From: the human T2T-CHM13v2.0 reference genome, Homo sapiens
Reading direction: 5' to 3' (one strand)
Assembly (NCBI RefSeq): GCF_009914755.1
Contig: NC_060933.1
Length of the DNA stretch: 64,000 bases
Shown: one piece after another, positions 12,931-26,424 of the stretch
Layout of the letters: the number at the start of each line of letters is the position of its first letter
Position numbering within the stretch: the first letter of the stretch is position 1
Program-made: the position numbers and the translations under genes
Notes under the pieces: generated by a model
Databases searched by the model: none
Told to the model about the DNA's origin: nothing
Seen by the model: only the letters and a program-made list of their open reading frames with translations

Positions 12931-15900
12931 GACCTCTCTGTATTATAACTTAAACCTCATGTGACTACAATTATTTCAAATGAAATAAACAAAACAGTAA
13001 TGCCTGTTTCTGGCATATAAAATAATCAGAGAACATAGAATTGTACGAAGTTAAATTATTGGGCCATTTACTTAATTTAAATATTTTTAAATGCGTGTAC
13101 CCATTTTGCTTGAAGGTGTGTGCAAGTATGCTTGTATTTTTTTAACGATAATATGGTCACATGAGCATTAAATTTATTTTTTAAAAGTTTATAGTTACCC
13201 CACACAAGTTCTTATTGATTCCCTCATTCTTAACACCTGCATAGTATTTCATTTTATAATTAATGGATTGTAGGTTTATTCTTTTAAAATCACTTGTGTT
13301 GTTCTCATTTTTTTTTTCACTAAAAAGTGTTGCAATGCACAAAACTAAAAATATAAGGAGGGTCTTTTCTGGATCTCTGTTGAAAAACTTTGAATAAAAA
13401 TTACAAGTTCAAATCACATGCAAAATAAACATTTTAATTAATCGGGCTTTTATGCAAGATGTTAGTAGCAGTAGCAGCACAGTTTTATTAAGATCCCTGA
13501 ATCTCTCACAAAAACTGACTGAGCAACTGGGATAACAAGGTATTAACTACGACAAAACAATGTAACAGGGTGTCATCATGGACGTTTTGTGAGGTTAAAC
13601 CACAGGGACCCAGGGGAATCACCAATTTTTTTGGAAGAAGGAAAGGAAAGGAAAAAAATGTTTAATGGCCCTGGGAACTGGAAAACCTAGAAATACAAGC
13701 GCTAACATCTATGTTCCTAAATTCAGAGATTCTTACTAGGCAAAAAGAACTCAGCAGATTAATCTGAGAACAGCAGCTGAGGCTGGCAGAAGGCTTCCTG
13801 GGCCTCAACTCATAGCTGAGAGTGAGGGTGGCAAAAAGCAGTGCTGTGAGTGGTCTGTTTCCTATGAACCCTACAAATTAACCACCCCCAAAACAAAGCC
13901 CTGTCCTAAGGAGAAACTGCAGGAAGTCAATTATAAATTGAGTTGGGAAGCACACTGAGGCTCAAGAAAAGGGAAGCTCCAGGTTAAGATGCAAGAGAAG
14001 AAGGGAAAAGGCAGTTTTCTGCAAGTTCAAGCACAAATAATTTCTTTACCTTCTAGTTCTGGAAATACCAGGTGCTGTGTATGTAAAGCAGGAATTTTGG
14101 TTGAATATTATATAATTTTCTGACCCACTGTTACTAATCCAGTTTCCCCTGTACTCAGATCTTCCATACTACAGACAGACCTGACAGATGCTCAGCAAAT
14201 AGTAGCTAATATTTTCTAGGAAACTATGTGCTAAACGAGTTTTCTTAAATTTCTACCTCCAGGTCTGTAAGTTGATTTGAAGCATTACCAGTTTCTGGTT
14301 CTGCACAGGTTGTTGAGCGCAGGACTTCTCTCCTCCAGTGGAAAGTCCACCTGCTCACAATCAACCATCCTTTCCTGCAGCCTTGGAGACACTACTCAGT
14401 GTAGCACGCCTCCCAGTCTAGAATAGGCACACTCATCATCAGTCTCTCTCATTTTCTGTCTTATCTCCATTCCATCTACATACAGTTTTTGTTTTCGCCA
14501 ATGTTTTTAAATAAACAATTGTACAAGCACGACGACAACAGAAACCTTCCTTCCCCCAGTGTTGTAGTGAGCAAGGAATATATTTAACTTCAAATAAAAG
14601 ACAAGAACAAATGCTGGATAAAGCTGACAGAAAGAAATGCAACTGTAGGTGCTCTGGCAATATAGAAATGATACAACTAAGAAAAATGGAAGAAAAGGAA
14701 AGAGAAAGTATTCCTCAGAATGATTTTACTGACTGCTCATCTGTAATGCCTGGGAGTCAAAGGATATTGTTTATAGAAATGTAAGCATACTTAATGGCAC
14801 CAGGGGAAACAAAGTTAATATGATTAAATCAAATTGTGGGATGAAAAATCACATAGGGAGGACAAGAAAGAGAATACAGCTAATACCATTGTTCTTAGTT
14901 TAGAGACATTAGCTACTGTCTAAAGAAAGAGATGATTTTATGAAATTACATAAGGTAGCCATCAGAATAAAAGTTTAACTCTTCCAAATATCACAACATC
15001 AAAACAAAAGCAATAAAACAAGACAGCAAAAGACAGATATGTGCATATAAATCATAGCATAATATACTGTAATCAAAATATAACCAAACACAATTTATCA
15101 TTAAAAGTAAGTGGGCTTGACTCTTATTAGAGGAAAAAATATTGTCAGATTAAATCAAAAAGCAAATCTCAATTCTATGCTGGATATAAGATAAAGTGTT
15201 ACAGAAAGTTTAGAAATAAAAGTATAGGCAATGAATAAAAGGATCTTCTCTTCATGCGTTAGGAGTATAAAACAGTAAGTAAACACATCATATGTTTTCT
15301 GTTTTTACACTTAAATGGCTGGAGATGTTACACCACTAGTATGAATTTACTTCAGATATATAAAGGATACACTTTTATGTGGTTAGAAACAGCAATGATA
15401 ATAGTTAAGGTGAAAATAACATCTGCATTGAGGCTAGGAAGAAAGAGCCATTGTTGGGTACATAGTGATCGTATTACCATGGAGCAATCTGTTCCCAACT
15501 GAAATGTCCTTGACCTTCTACTGAAATCATGTAAGATTCTGCAAAAGTAGTGTTTACTTCCCACAAATCAGCCATTTGTGGGAATGGCTGCTATTGTTGT
15601 CCACACGGAATGAGCATCAGACCTATATTTAGCTGTTGTTTCATTAAGAGTCGTATTTGGCCCTTTCCAGAGGCCGTTATTTCAATTACATTTTGGAGAA
15701 TTAGTCTATTTCCAGACAAATAATTTTTCCAGAACTTTGATCCATATGAAATGTCCCTTTGGTAGGGATCCAGGGATTGAGTTTATTTTTAATTACTGTA
15801 GCATCCTGGTCAGGTTGAGAAACAGATTACCTTTATATTTCCCTGGCATGTAAGCAGGGCTAGATTTAGCGTGAGAATGCTTGAAAGTTTATAGTTTTTT

Positions 15901-16321
15901 AGAAATTTTATTTACTGTGTGTCTCTTTATCAAAATAAAATTAATGCTGAAAAGCTATATTAAATGAATTATTTTGAGATGGTCTCTTCCCCCTTCTTCC
16001 AGTGAGAGGATATCCACAGATATGTCAGGAGCTTGCTTTACCTAGAAATGTGTTGAGGGCCACAGGTTTGGGTTCACCTAGGAATGTTTAGGGACACCTC
16101 CCCAAGTTGTTGTTGAAGAGTGGGGTAAATGTAAGATAGAATTAGGCTCACGGAGGCCAGATGAGAGCATCATATCACCCCAGAAACATAGCATATACCT
16201 AGGAGATCTGTTCTCAGTATCAAAGTCTTAAGCACTGTAAGATTGCCTATAGACCAAGACAACAACTATATATATATATAGTTAATAAAATCAGTTAATA
16301 TATAAACATATATTTATTAAC

Positions 16322-16487
16322 TTATTTTTATTTTTATCTTCAGACAGCATCTTGCTCTGTCACCTAGGCTGGAGTGCAGTAGTGCAATTAAGGCTCACTG
16401 CAGCCTTGACCTCTGGGGCTGAAGCTATCCTCCTGCCTCAGTCTCCTAAAGTGCTAGGATGAGAGGTGTGAGTCACCTTGCCAGGCC
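16322..16487 (-). mobile_element. Alu monomer (FRAM/FAM-like)
   Basis: Antisense single-arm Alu. Confidence 0.75.
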
Positions 16488-17243
16488 CAGGGCAATAACT
16501 ATGCAATGTTTATATAATTTGGAGCAAAAAATATTTGAAATATGTGTGCATTGCTTTTTAACCTTTTCTACTGATTTACTTTATTAAATACTGAATAGAA
16601 ACAATATATTTATAAAATATTTATTTTATATATATAATAAGCACATAATGAACACCTGTGTCTCCAGTCTTGGTTTAAGAAATTAAGCCAAAAGTAATCA
16701 TAAGTGCTTATGATTACTTTTGAAGTCACCTGTACAACTTTTGCTGACTACATCCCCTTCTTCAACACTCTAACGATGGCCACTGTGAGCACTGTGTATA
16801 TTGAATTGTGTTGTATTTTAATACCGTGTGCACTACTTTGTTTTCCTAGCTGTATGCTATTGCATTTAGTGAGCATAATGAATTATATCAGTATAATTCA
16901 CTTTTGTCATTTCATTGTTTCAGCTCTTCTGTACTAATTATTGCCAATATATTTCTACTGGCATAAAAACAGACACATAGGACAGTGGAACAGAATAGAG
17001 ATCGCAGACAAATCTACACATTTACAAACAATTCATCTCTGACAAAGGCATCAAGAACATACACTGGGAAAACAACAGTCTTTTCAATAAATGATCCTGG
17101 GAAAACTGAATAACCATATGCAGAAGGATAAAATTAATCCCATCTCACCATACACAAAAATCAAATCAAATAAAAATGGATTAAAGACTTGAATCTGAGA
17201 CCTGAAACTATGAAGCTAGTAAAAAAAAAAAAAAAATAGGAAA

Positions 17244-17484
17244 GGCCGGGCGCGGTGGCTCTTGTCTGTAATCTGAGCACTTTGGGTGGCCAAGGCGGGT
17301 GGATCACAAGGTCAGGAGATCGAGACCACCCTGGCTAACACGGTGAATCTCCGTCTCTACTAAAAATACAAAAAACAAAAAAAAAATTAGCGGGGCATGA
17401 TGGTGGGCGCCTGTAGTCCCAGCTACTCGGGAGGCTGAGGCAGGAGAATGGCGTGAAAAAAGAAAGAAAGAAAGAAAGAAAGAA
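17244..17484 (+). mobile_element. AluY-like element lacking the distal right arm, with a (GAAA)n tail
   Basis: GGCCGGGCGCGGTGGCTC...GGAGAATGGCGTGAA followed immediately by A/GAAA repeats. Confidence 0.9.
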
Positions 17485-17789
17485 AGCATAGGAGAAATGC
17501 TCCAGGACATTAGTCTGGGCAAAGATTTTTTTGCGTAAGACCTCGGAAGCACAGGCAACAAAAGCAAAAATAGACAATGGGATTATATCAAACTAAAAAG
17601 CCTCAAGCAAAGGAAACAATCAACAAAGTGAAGAGCCAAGCACAGAATGGGACAAAATATTTTCAAACTATCTATCTGACAAAGGATTAACAAGTAGAAT
17701 ATATAAGGAGCTCAAACAACTCAATAATAAACAAACAAAAAATCTGATTGAAAAATGGGCTACTGAAGAGGCTGAGGTAGGAGGATTTC

Positions 17790-18090
17790 TTTTTTTTTTT
17801 TTTTTTAATGAGATGGAGTCTCACTGTCGCCCAGGTTGGAGTGCAGTGGCGTGATCTCGGCTCACTGCAGACTCTGCTCCCCCAGGGTTCACGCCATTCT
17901 CCTGCCTCAGCCTCCTGAGTAGCTGGGACTACAGGCGCCCGGCACCAAGCCCGGCTGATTTTTTGTATTTTTAGTAGAGATGGGGTTTCACCATGTTAGC
18001 CAGGATGGTCTCGATCTCCTGACCTCGTGATCCGCCCACCTCTGCCTCCCAAATTGCTGGGAATACAGGCGTGAGCCACTGCGCCCGGTC
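17790..18090 (-). mobile_element. AluY inserted into an older Alu right-arm fragment (~17763-18224)
   Basis: 13-bp TSD AGGAGGATTTCTT (17779-17791 and 18091-18103). The host Alu is flanked by TSD AAAAATGGGCTA (17751-17762 and 18225-18236). Confidence 0.93.
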
Positions 18091-19097
18091 AGGAGGATTT
18101 CTTAATCCCAGGAGTTTGAGGTTACAGTGAGCTATGATTATGCTACTGCCCTTTAGCTTGGGTGACAAAGCAAGACCTTACTTCTCAAAAAAAATAGTTA
18201 AAAATATATAAATAAATACAATTTAAAAATGGGCTAAAGATCTGAACAGATATTTTCTCAAAAGAAGACAAACAAATGGCCAATAGGAAGACAAAAAATA
18301 TTCAGTATCACTAATCGTCAAAGAAATGCAAATCAAAATCACAATGCAATATCATCTCACCTTGGTTGAAATGACTTGTTTCAAAAAGACAGGCAATAAC
18401 AGATGCTGGCAAGGATGTGGAGAAAGGGAAATACTAGTACACTGTTGGTGGGAATCCACATTAATAAAGCCACTATGGAGAATAGTATGGAGGTTCCTCA
18501 AAAAAGTAAAAATAGAACTACCATGTGGTCCAGCAATTTCTTTACTGGATGTATATCCAAAATAAAGGAAATTAATGTATCAAAGACATATCTACATGCC
18601 GATGTGTACTGCAGCACTATTCACAATAGACAAAATATGGAATCAACGTAAGTGCTCATAAACAAATGAATAGATTTTAAAAGTCATATATATACATAAT
18701 GCAATACTACTCAGAAACAAAGAAGAATGAAATTCTGTCATTCACAGCAACATAGGTGGCACTGGCCATTTGGTTTAACGTAATGAACATAGGCCATTAT
18801 GTTAAGTGGAATGAGCCAAGCACAGAAAGGCAAATACCACATGTTGTCACTCATATGTGGGCAGTAAAAAAGTGGATCTCATGAAGATAGAAAGTAAATT
18901 GGTGGTTGCTAGAGGCCAGCAAGGGGAGTGGGAAGAGGAGATTAAGAGAAGAAAATATAAATGTATTTATCACCACTAAACTGTCCTCTAAAAATGTACA
19001 GATGGTAAATTATATATATATATTTTTTAACTCAATAAAAAGTTAAAAAAATTCTGCTGTGTGTTTATAGGGCACATGTACAAGACTTTCTCTAGGG

Positions 19098-19710
19098 TTG
19101 TATCAGTTTTCTATTCCTGCTGTAACAATTTACCACAAATTCAGTGGCTTAAAAGAACACATTTTTGTAAGATTTGAGTCAGTTTTAAAAAACACACACA
19201 GACTTATTGTCTTAGAATTGTTTTGGTTGGAAATCTGGCATGGCTCTCACTGAACTAACATCAAGATGTTGGCAGGCTGCATTTCTTTCTGAAGGCTCTA
19301 AAAGAGCATCTGGGTTGTTGGCAGAATTCAGTTCCTTGTGGTTGTAGATCTTCAGTTTCTTCCTGGTTGTAAACTTTGGGTCATTCCCAGCTTCTAAAGG
19401 TCACTGGCTTTTCTTGGCTTGTGGCCCCCTACCACTGTTTTAAAAGCCAGTAATAGCAGGCCACATCTTTCTCATACTGCCATCTGTCTGAATCTCAGCA
19501 TCCAGAAAATATTCTCTGCTCTCAAGGAATTATGAGATTAGACTGGCTCACCAAGGTAATTCAAGGTAATTTCCCCATTTCAATGCCCTTAATGGTAATC
19601 ACATCTGCCAAGTCTCTTTGAACATGCTAACTTACGTTAGCATGTTCACCTTATCTGAAGACTGGGATGTGGCTGTCTTTGGTGGGGGGCAATTATTCTG
19701 CCTAACCCAA
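19098..19710 (-). mobile_element. MLT1-family (MaLR) LTR
   Basis: TGTATCAGTTTTCTATTCCTGCTGTAACAATTTACCACAAATTCAGTGGCTTAAAA...AATTATTCTGCCTA, typical antisense MLT1. Confidence 0.8.
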
Positions 19711-20566
19711 AGATACACAACTTGCAGATATACAACTAGTTCATGGAGATGAAACATTTTCAAATCTACAAGAAAATGTTTTCTAAAATGAGCATTGCAT
19801 ATTAGACTTTCACGAGCACTGTATCAGACTTATATTTACTTCATAATATTGCCAATACTGATATCAGATATTTAATTTTCTAGCCAGTTCAGGATAATGT
19901 GAATTGTGAATAATATATTTGTTCATCCAGTCAACAAACATTTTTTACCAGATACCACCGATATGCTGGACAGTGTCATGGATCCTAAAAATATAGCTGT
20001 TATTATTATTTTTTTAAACAAAATCCCCACTGTGATAAAGCTTTTATTCTTTGGGACAGGCAGACAGTAATCCAGATAAATAAATGCAAGGGCAAATTGG
20101 GGGAAAAATTGGAATGGAGAGCTCAGAATCTGGCCCCAGAGAAGGGCAGAGGGAAAGGGGACCCAGTTCAGAATCTCGGTGCGTCCACACCAAACAATTC
20201 CATGAGGGCTGAAGAGACAGAGCTGAAAGGCTTGTCTGACATCACAAAAGACAGAAAAGTGAGCCCCATTTTCATCTCTATCCTGACAATGTTCCTGGCT
20301 TGATTTCCTCCTTCCAGCAGACACAAGAATCAGGGAGCGCACCCTGATGGTAACATTTTTTTCAGGGGCCTATTTTGGGGATCCTGGTGAGAACCTGAGT
20401 CCGTCACTGTCCACGGCAGCCCAGCATGGTCCCCAGTGCGTGGTCCAAGGCCAAGATTCTCTACCTCCATCCTGGAGGCAGAAGAAATGTCTGGGGGAAA
20501 ATGAGAGGTTTTAGGTGGTTGGCACTGGGTGAGACCAAGGAGAAATTTTAAAGCTGTGTGTCCTGG

Positions 20567-20880
20567 GGCCGGGGGTGGTGGCTCACGCCTGTAATCCCAG
20601 CACTTTGAGAGGCCGAGGCGGGCAGATCACGAGGTCAGGAGATTGAGACCATCCTGGCTAACGGTGAAACCCCGTCTCTACTAAAAATACAAAAAATTAG
20701 CCGGGCTTGGTAGCGGGCGCCTGTAGTCCCAGCTATTCGGGAGACTGAGGCAGGAGAATGGCGTGAACCGGGAGGCGCAGCTTGCAGTGAACTAAGATCG
20801 CGCCACTGCACTCCAGCCTGGGTGACAGAAAGAGACTCCTTCTCAAAAAAATAAAAATAAAATAAAAATAAAAAATAGAA
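20567..20880 (+). mobile_element. AluY element
   Basis: Full dimer with Y-type motifs (ATCCTGGCTAA, GGAGAATGGCGTGAA); 16-bp TSD AAAGCTGTGTGTCCTG. Confidence 0.95.
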
Positions 20881-21059
20881 AAAGCTGTGTGTCCTGTTTC
20901 TTCATATTTTGCAGATTTTTGATGTCAAAATATTTTCATAGTCAAAAGAGTGTTAATAAAGAATGACTTCTCTGTTATAAAAACCCTAATAGTGAATGTA
21001 TTTACCAAGAAATTAGATTCTATCTTTGGTTTTTTGTTTTTTGCCCCGTAGTTTTTAAA

Positions 21060-21945
21060 AAAATAGTTTTATTGTGTGGATATTCTACAGTTAGTGTATC
21101 TATTCACCTCTTGATGGACATTTGGTTTGCTTCCAGTTGTTTTTGCTATTTCAAATAAAGTTGCTACGAATGTTTGTCCAATCGTTTGGACATACACTTT
21201 CATTTGTCTTGGGCAAATAAGCAGGATTTGAATGACTAGGTGGTGTGATATGTTTAACTTTTTTTTTTTTTTTTTTTTTTGAGACGGAGTCTCGCTCTGT
21301 CGCCCAGGCTGGAGTGCAGTGGTGCATCGCGGCTCACTGCAAGCTCCACCTCCCGGGTTCACGCCATTCTCCTGCCTCAGCTTCCGGAGTAGCTGGGATT
21401 ACAGGTGCTCGCCACCACGCCCGGCTAATTTTTTGTATGTTTAGTAGATATGGGGTTTCGCCGTGTTAGCTAGGATGGTCTCGATTTCCTGACCTCGTGA
21501 TCCGCCCGCCTTGGCCTCCCAAAGTGCTGGGATTACAGGCGTGAGCCACCGCTCCCAGCCAGTTTAACTTTTAAAGAAACTGACAAAGTGGCTGTATTTC
21601 CAGCAGCAGTATATGAGCATTCCTGTTCCTTTGTGTTCTCACCAATGTTTAGTATGGTCAGTCTTTTAAATTTTAGCTATTCTAATAGGCAAGTAACAGT
21701 ATCTCATTGTGGTTTTAATTTACATTTCCCTAATGATGAATGATGTGCTTATGTATCGTCCATCTGTATTCTATGGTGAAATGTCTGTTCAGATCTCTAC
21801 ATTTGTGTTAGACTATTTGTTTTCCTATTATTGAGTCCTGAGAGTTCTTTGCATATTTTGGATAACAAATGTATCTTCACCAGATATAGCTTTTGTAAAT
21901 TTTTACTCCCAGTCTGTGATTTGTCTTTTTATTCTCTCGATAGTG
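21060..21945 (-). mobile_element. Old L1M 3' fragment
   Basis: GATGGACATTTGGTTTGCTTCCAG, TATCTCATTGTGGTTTTAATTT, GAAATGTCTGTTCAGATC. Confidence 0.7.
21259..21560 (-). mobile_element. AluY element
   Basis: Poly-T plus antisense body; TSD GTTTAACTTTT. Confidence 0.95.
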
Positions 21946-22240
21946 TTTTTCTTTTTTCTTTTTTTTTTTTTTTGACAGAGTCTGGCTCTGTCACCCAGGC
22001 TGGATTTCGGTGGCACGATCTCGGCTCACTGCAAGCTCCGCCTCCCGGGTTCACGCCATTCTCCTGCCTCAGCCTCTACGAGTGGCTGGGACTACAGGCG
22101 CCCGCCACTACGCCACGCTAATTTTTTGTATTTTTGGTAGAGAGGGGTTTCATGGTGGTCTAGATCGCCTGACCTCGTGATCCACCCACCTCGGCCTCCC
22201 AAAGTGCTGGGATTACAAGCGTTAGCCACCGCACCTGGGC
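21946..22240 (-). mobile_element. AluY element
   Basis: Antisense body with GGGTTCACGCCATTCTCC; flanks share AGTGTTTTT. Confidence 0.93.
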
Positions 22241-22822
22241 TCTGGACAGTGTTTTTCACAGGTCAGATTAATTTTTATATAAATCATTTATTTTATTTTT
22301 ATTATGTAAAATTTTATAATTTTTAATTTTATTTTTAATTTCCTTTTTAAAAGTTAAATAAAATTTTAAGTGTAATGATGCAAAATTTTGTTTAAAAGTA
22401 AATGTATATAAAAATGTTGATATAGACTAAAAAATTGAATAAGTAAGAAGGTAGTTAGTTGTCACAGTAGGAGTGAAGTGAAAAGCTTCCCCTTTCACCC
22501 TCTGAAGATTACCGGAAATGAACTGACCATACACAGATTAATAAAAGAAAGGGTATACAAACTTACATAACCTGCAAAAACATGAGAGCTATACACAAAG
22601 TATAAGACTTGAAGATGGCTCAGATCTTAAACGCTCTCCTCATAGGCAATAGATATATAGACCCAGGATGCAGACATTATTTTGTAAATAATTTCCTTTG
22701 GAAGCTGGATGGGACAGACAAATTACAGGAAGGTGAGAGATGGAACTGCACAGGAAAAAAGTTTGTCTTTGTCACTTTAATCTTATCATTACTAGAGAAT
22801 ATTTATGAATATTTTAGAATAA

Positions 22823-23181
<359 letters not shown>

Positions 23182-23264
23182 CATATTTCTATACTTCACT
23201 GAGGAAAGGAAGGTGCTAGGAAAATTGGTTAAGAACTATTTTTTAAAAAGCTATTAGTAGTGTT

Positions 23265-23410
23265 TTATTTTATTTTTTAATGATTGATTTTTGAGATTGG
23301 GATCTCACTATGTTGCCCAGGCTGGTTTCACATTCCCAAGTTTAAGCAATACCCCTGCCTCAGTCTCCCAAGTAGCTGGGATGACAGGTGTGTGTCACCA
23401 TACCCAGCTC
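23265..23410 (-). mobile_element. FLAM-type Alu monomer
   Basis: Antisense left-arm-only Alu. Confidence 0.7.
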
Positions 23411-23580
23411 CATTAGTAGCGTTTTTAACAATTGTGGGCCACTGAGTAAGAATCATTTTTTTTAAATTAAAGGTTATTTTTTAAAAAGCACATTTGTAGA
23501 AAATTACTAGCATAATCTGCCTAAAATAAATATACATATTGAAAAAATCTTTGCTCCGAACAAAAAGAAATATATTCACC

Positions 23581-23619
23581 ACACATACATACATATACAC
23601 ACACACACATGCACACACG

Positions 23620-23659
<40 letters not shown>
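23581..23659. repeat. (CA)n microsatellite, imperfect
   Basis: Visible directly in the sequence. Confidence 0.95.
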
Positions 23660-23660
<1 letters not shown>

Positions 23661-25062
23661 TATGGAAGATTTCAAGACCAGGCAATAATTTCCACTCAAT
23701 CCAAAAACAATGCAATCCCAGAGCTGAATATTTAGGTGAAAATATATCAGGAATGGGAGGCATTCAGGTTTAATTTTCATGTTTTGGTAGAGTTAGGATG
23801 TGAGTTTTCATTTAAAAATATTCTTTATTTTTTTTGCTACTATTGTGGTTTCTGTATTGTTACTATACAATCTGTAAACTAAATAGTAAAGGAGAGAAAA
23901 GTGATTTTCAAAGAAGCTGGCTTGGGAACAGGTACTATTCTGGGAAGATGAAAGGTTTCACTTAATGACTGGTACCTGTGCCACTCTGGTTATTTTAACT
24001 GTTAACCTTTTAGCAAGAGGTTTTTCTTTTAAAAGACATCCTTTAATATTTGGGAAGCTAGTGCAATAGTACACATTGAGGCCCACATACCACATGCCAA
24101 ATATTTAAAAGGCACATTTCTAGCTAACCACTGTACATACATATATTTTTTCTTATTTTCTGATTTTAGTTTTTTTCCTTGTCAACAATTTATGTCCACA
24201 CATATCTTCTATCATCCCACTTTGACAAGTAATATTATACCTTCAAAATGATGTGGAAGACTAGATTGGAATTTAGAACCGTAGAAGCTTGTAATTGTAC
24301 AGGCAAGTTTCTTCCTGGGAAAAAATAAAACAGGAAGAAAAGGCTGGGCAGCCTCTGGTTCAGGAAGGAAATTCAGGAGTCCCTTATAGCAGCATCTCTA
24401 GTACTTGGGAACCGAACAGACTTCTCGGCCTGTGAGGCTGGAATGGGCCCTTCTGGAGAACACGACAGAGAAGTTATCTACTGCCTTTGCCCCCAGGGCC
24501 CAGGCAACACTTTTACCCTCCATTGTTTCCGAAGTTAAGGGGAGGAGACAATGTTTTGTTTAGTGACCTCGACAGAAAAAGTGTCCTCCTGCAACCACTC
24601 ATTTGTTACTTTCCTTCTTCCTGAATTGCCTGGACCCACTCCTCCTCCATTTGACTGGCTCTGTGCACTGATCTTATAGTCAGGAGATTTTTGGGAATTG
24701 TGGCTTCTAAAAATGTACACCCGACTCTACCCATAGCTGGCCCTGTGAACCTACACACCTGCTCCACTGTGTATCCTTCTCAAAGAGACACTCTTCCTGC
24801 TGAGTCTCTGCCCTCTGCTCCTAGATCCAAATGGCATCTCCTACCCTATCCCTGTATGGTTTAACCTAGGGAAACTCTTTCCCAGAGGAGTCAGGTAAGG
24901 AGACAGTGGCTGAGCTTCTTACAGACTTAAAGGAGACATCCTGGAATTTAGGAGTCAGTCCTTCCTTTCTGTAATCCCTGGCAGCTCCTGCTGCTGCTCA
25001 AAGTTTAGCTTTGTCTCTCATCCAGCTCAGACTTTTGCTGGTCCTGATGGCCTCTGCTTAGC

Positions 25063-25205
25063 TGTATTAGTACGCTCTTGCATTCCTATAAAGAAATACA
25101 TGAGAAATACCTTTAGTTGGCTCACAGTTCCATAGGCTATACAGGAAGCATGGTGGTTTCTGCTTCCGGGGAGGCCTCAGGAAACTTTTACTCAAGGTGC
25201 AGGGC
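25063..25205 (-). mobile_element. MST-family (MaLR) LTR fragment, followed by an A-rich run (25206-25243)
   Basis: TGTATTAG...CTATAAAGAAATAC...TTGGCTCACAGTTCC...ACAGGAAGCATGG...GGGAGGCCTCAGGAAACTT. Confidence 0.8.
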
Positions 25206-26095
25206 AAAAAAAAAAAAAAAAAAAAAAACAAAAACAAAAAAAACTACCAGCACTGCACTGTGAGGCCCTGATCCCTGAGCTAACTTCATATTATTACCTC
25301 TACAGCAAGTGTCCGTGAGAACATAGATATATTTCTTATGTGAGTACACAATTTACAGAAGAGGAACTACCCTCCCAAACCAAAACATCATAATTTTAAT
25401 TTACCAGCAAACCTAGGTTGCTTCTGTGAAATGATCTCATTTGCTGAGTTTTAAAATTGACTAAATTTCCCAATTTCCAAATGAAAATATTTAGTTATCT
25501 TGTCTTGCTATGTGTTTTTGGTTAATATGATGATTAATTTTTGGTCTATTACTTAATATATTCCATGATTGTTGATATGGATTATAAGGACTCACAAAAT
25601 AGTTTTCAGATGTCTTTAATTTTTTTACTTAGTGTAGATCCTATAAATGGATTAGAAGTATTCTATTAACTCCCATGTATTCAGAAATCGAATTGGAGTG
25701 GTAAATTCTGTTTGAAGTAACAAGGGATATCAAAGGAAAAAAATAATTTTGTGACTATGTCTTCTATACGTAAATTTTTCAGGCATCTTTATCAATGGCT
25801 TATACTAAAGACATTTTCTGGATCATGGGTGACACACAGAAGACCTGTGGATAAGTGGCATTGTGTACACTACTGCATTTTATCATCTGGTTCATTTTTC
25901 AACTTTTATTTCTCTTAAGGATGTTTTATTAACTGGTGCATCACCAGGTTACCAGTCTCTGGAACACTAAACTTACCAGAAAATACTTGTTGATTGAATT
26001 AACAAGAAAACAACATTAGAAAACAGTGGTGGCTTGTTTTTGTCCATTGCAGTATCTTGGAGAGTAAAGCCTAACTCTTTAATTTTGGCCAAAGA

Positions 26096-26187
26096 TATAA
26101 AGAAATACCTGAGAAACACCTTTAGTTGGCTCATGGTTCCGTAGGCTATACAGGAAGCATGGTGGTTTCTGCTTCTGGGGAGTCCTC
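26096..26187 (-). mobile_element. Second copy of the same MST fragment
   Basis: TATAAAGAAATACCTGAGAAACACCTTTAGTTGGCTCATGGTTCCGTAGGCTATACAGGAAGCATGGTGGTTTCTGCTTCTGGGGAG aligns ungapped to ~25087-25172. Confidence 0.8.
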
Positions 26188-26424
26188 CAACACTTACTGG
26201 CAGGGTAATTTTGAAGAAGTCATAATAAGATGGTTGTTACAATTAAATGAAATAATCAAAGTGGAAGAGCTTAGTTAGCTGTCTTCCCTAAATGAATCAC
26301 TGGCAAGTAAGAGTGTGATTGATTTTCCTACCAGTCAGGACTCACCCCTTGAAGCTATAGGAGGGTAAACCTCTGAAGACCATACAATTTAGGGAACACT
26401 AACACCTCAAAAAACTCTGTAAAC

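Larger units (their letters stand above)
16955..19050 (+). mobile_element. L1 (L1MA-type) 3' part carrying nested Alus
   Basis: ORF2 C-terminal peptides MQIKITMQYHLT...RCWQGCGEREILVHCWWE, then a 3' UTR ending CAATAAAAAGTTAAAAAA. Confidence 0.9.

Noticed and set aside
14255-15830. Unique-looking segments with possible minus-strand exon or env-like coding remnants
   Set aside because: Translations gave no recognisable family and contain stops. A tBLASTx search would be needed.
26285-26325. DUX4-like motifs upstream of the TRIM43-like exon
   Set aside because: TAAATGAATCA and similar words deviate from TAAYYYAATCA at two or more positions and are common in AT-rich DNA.
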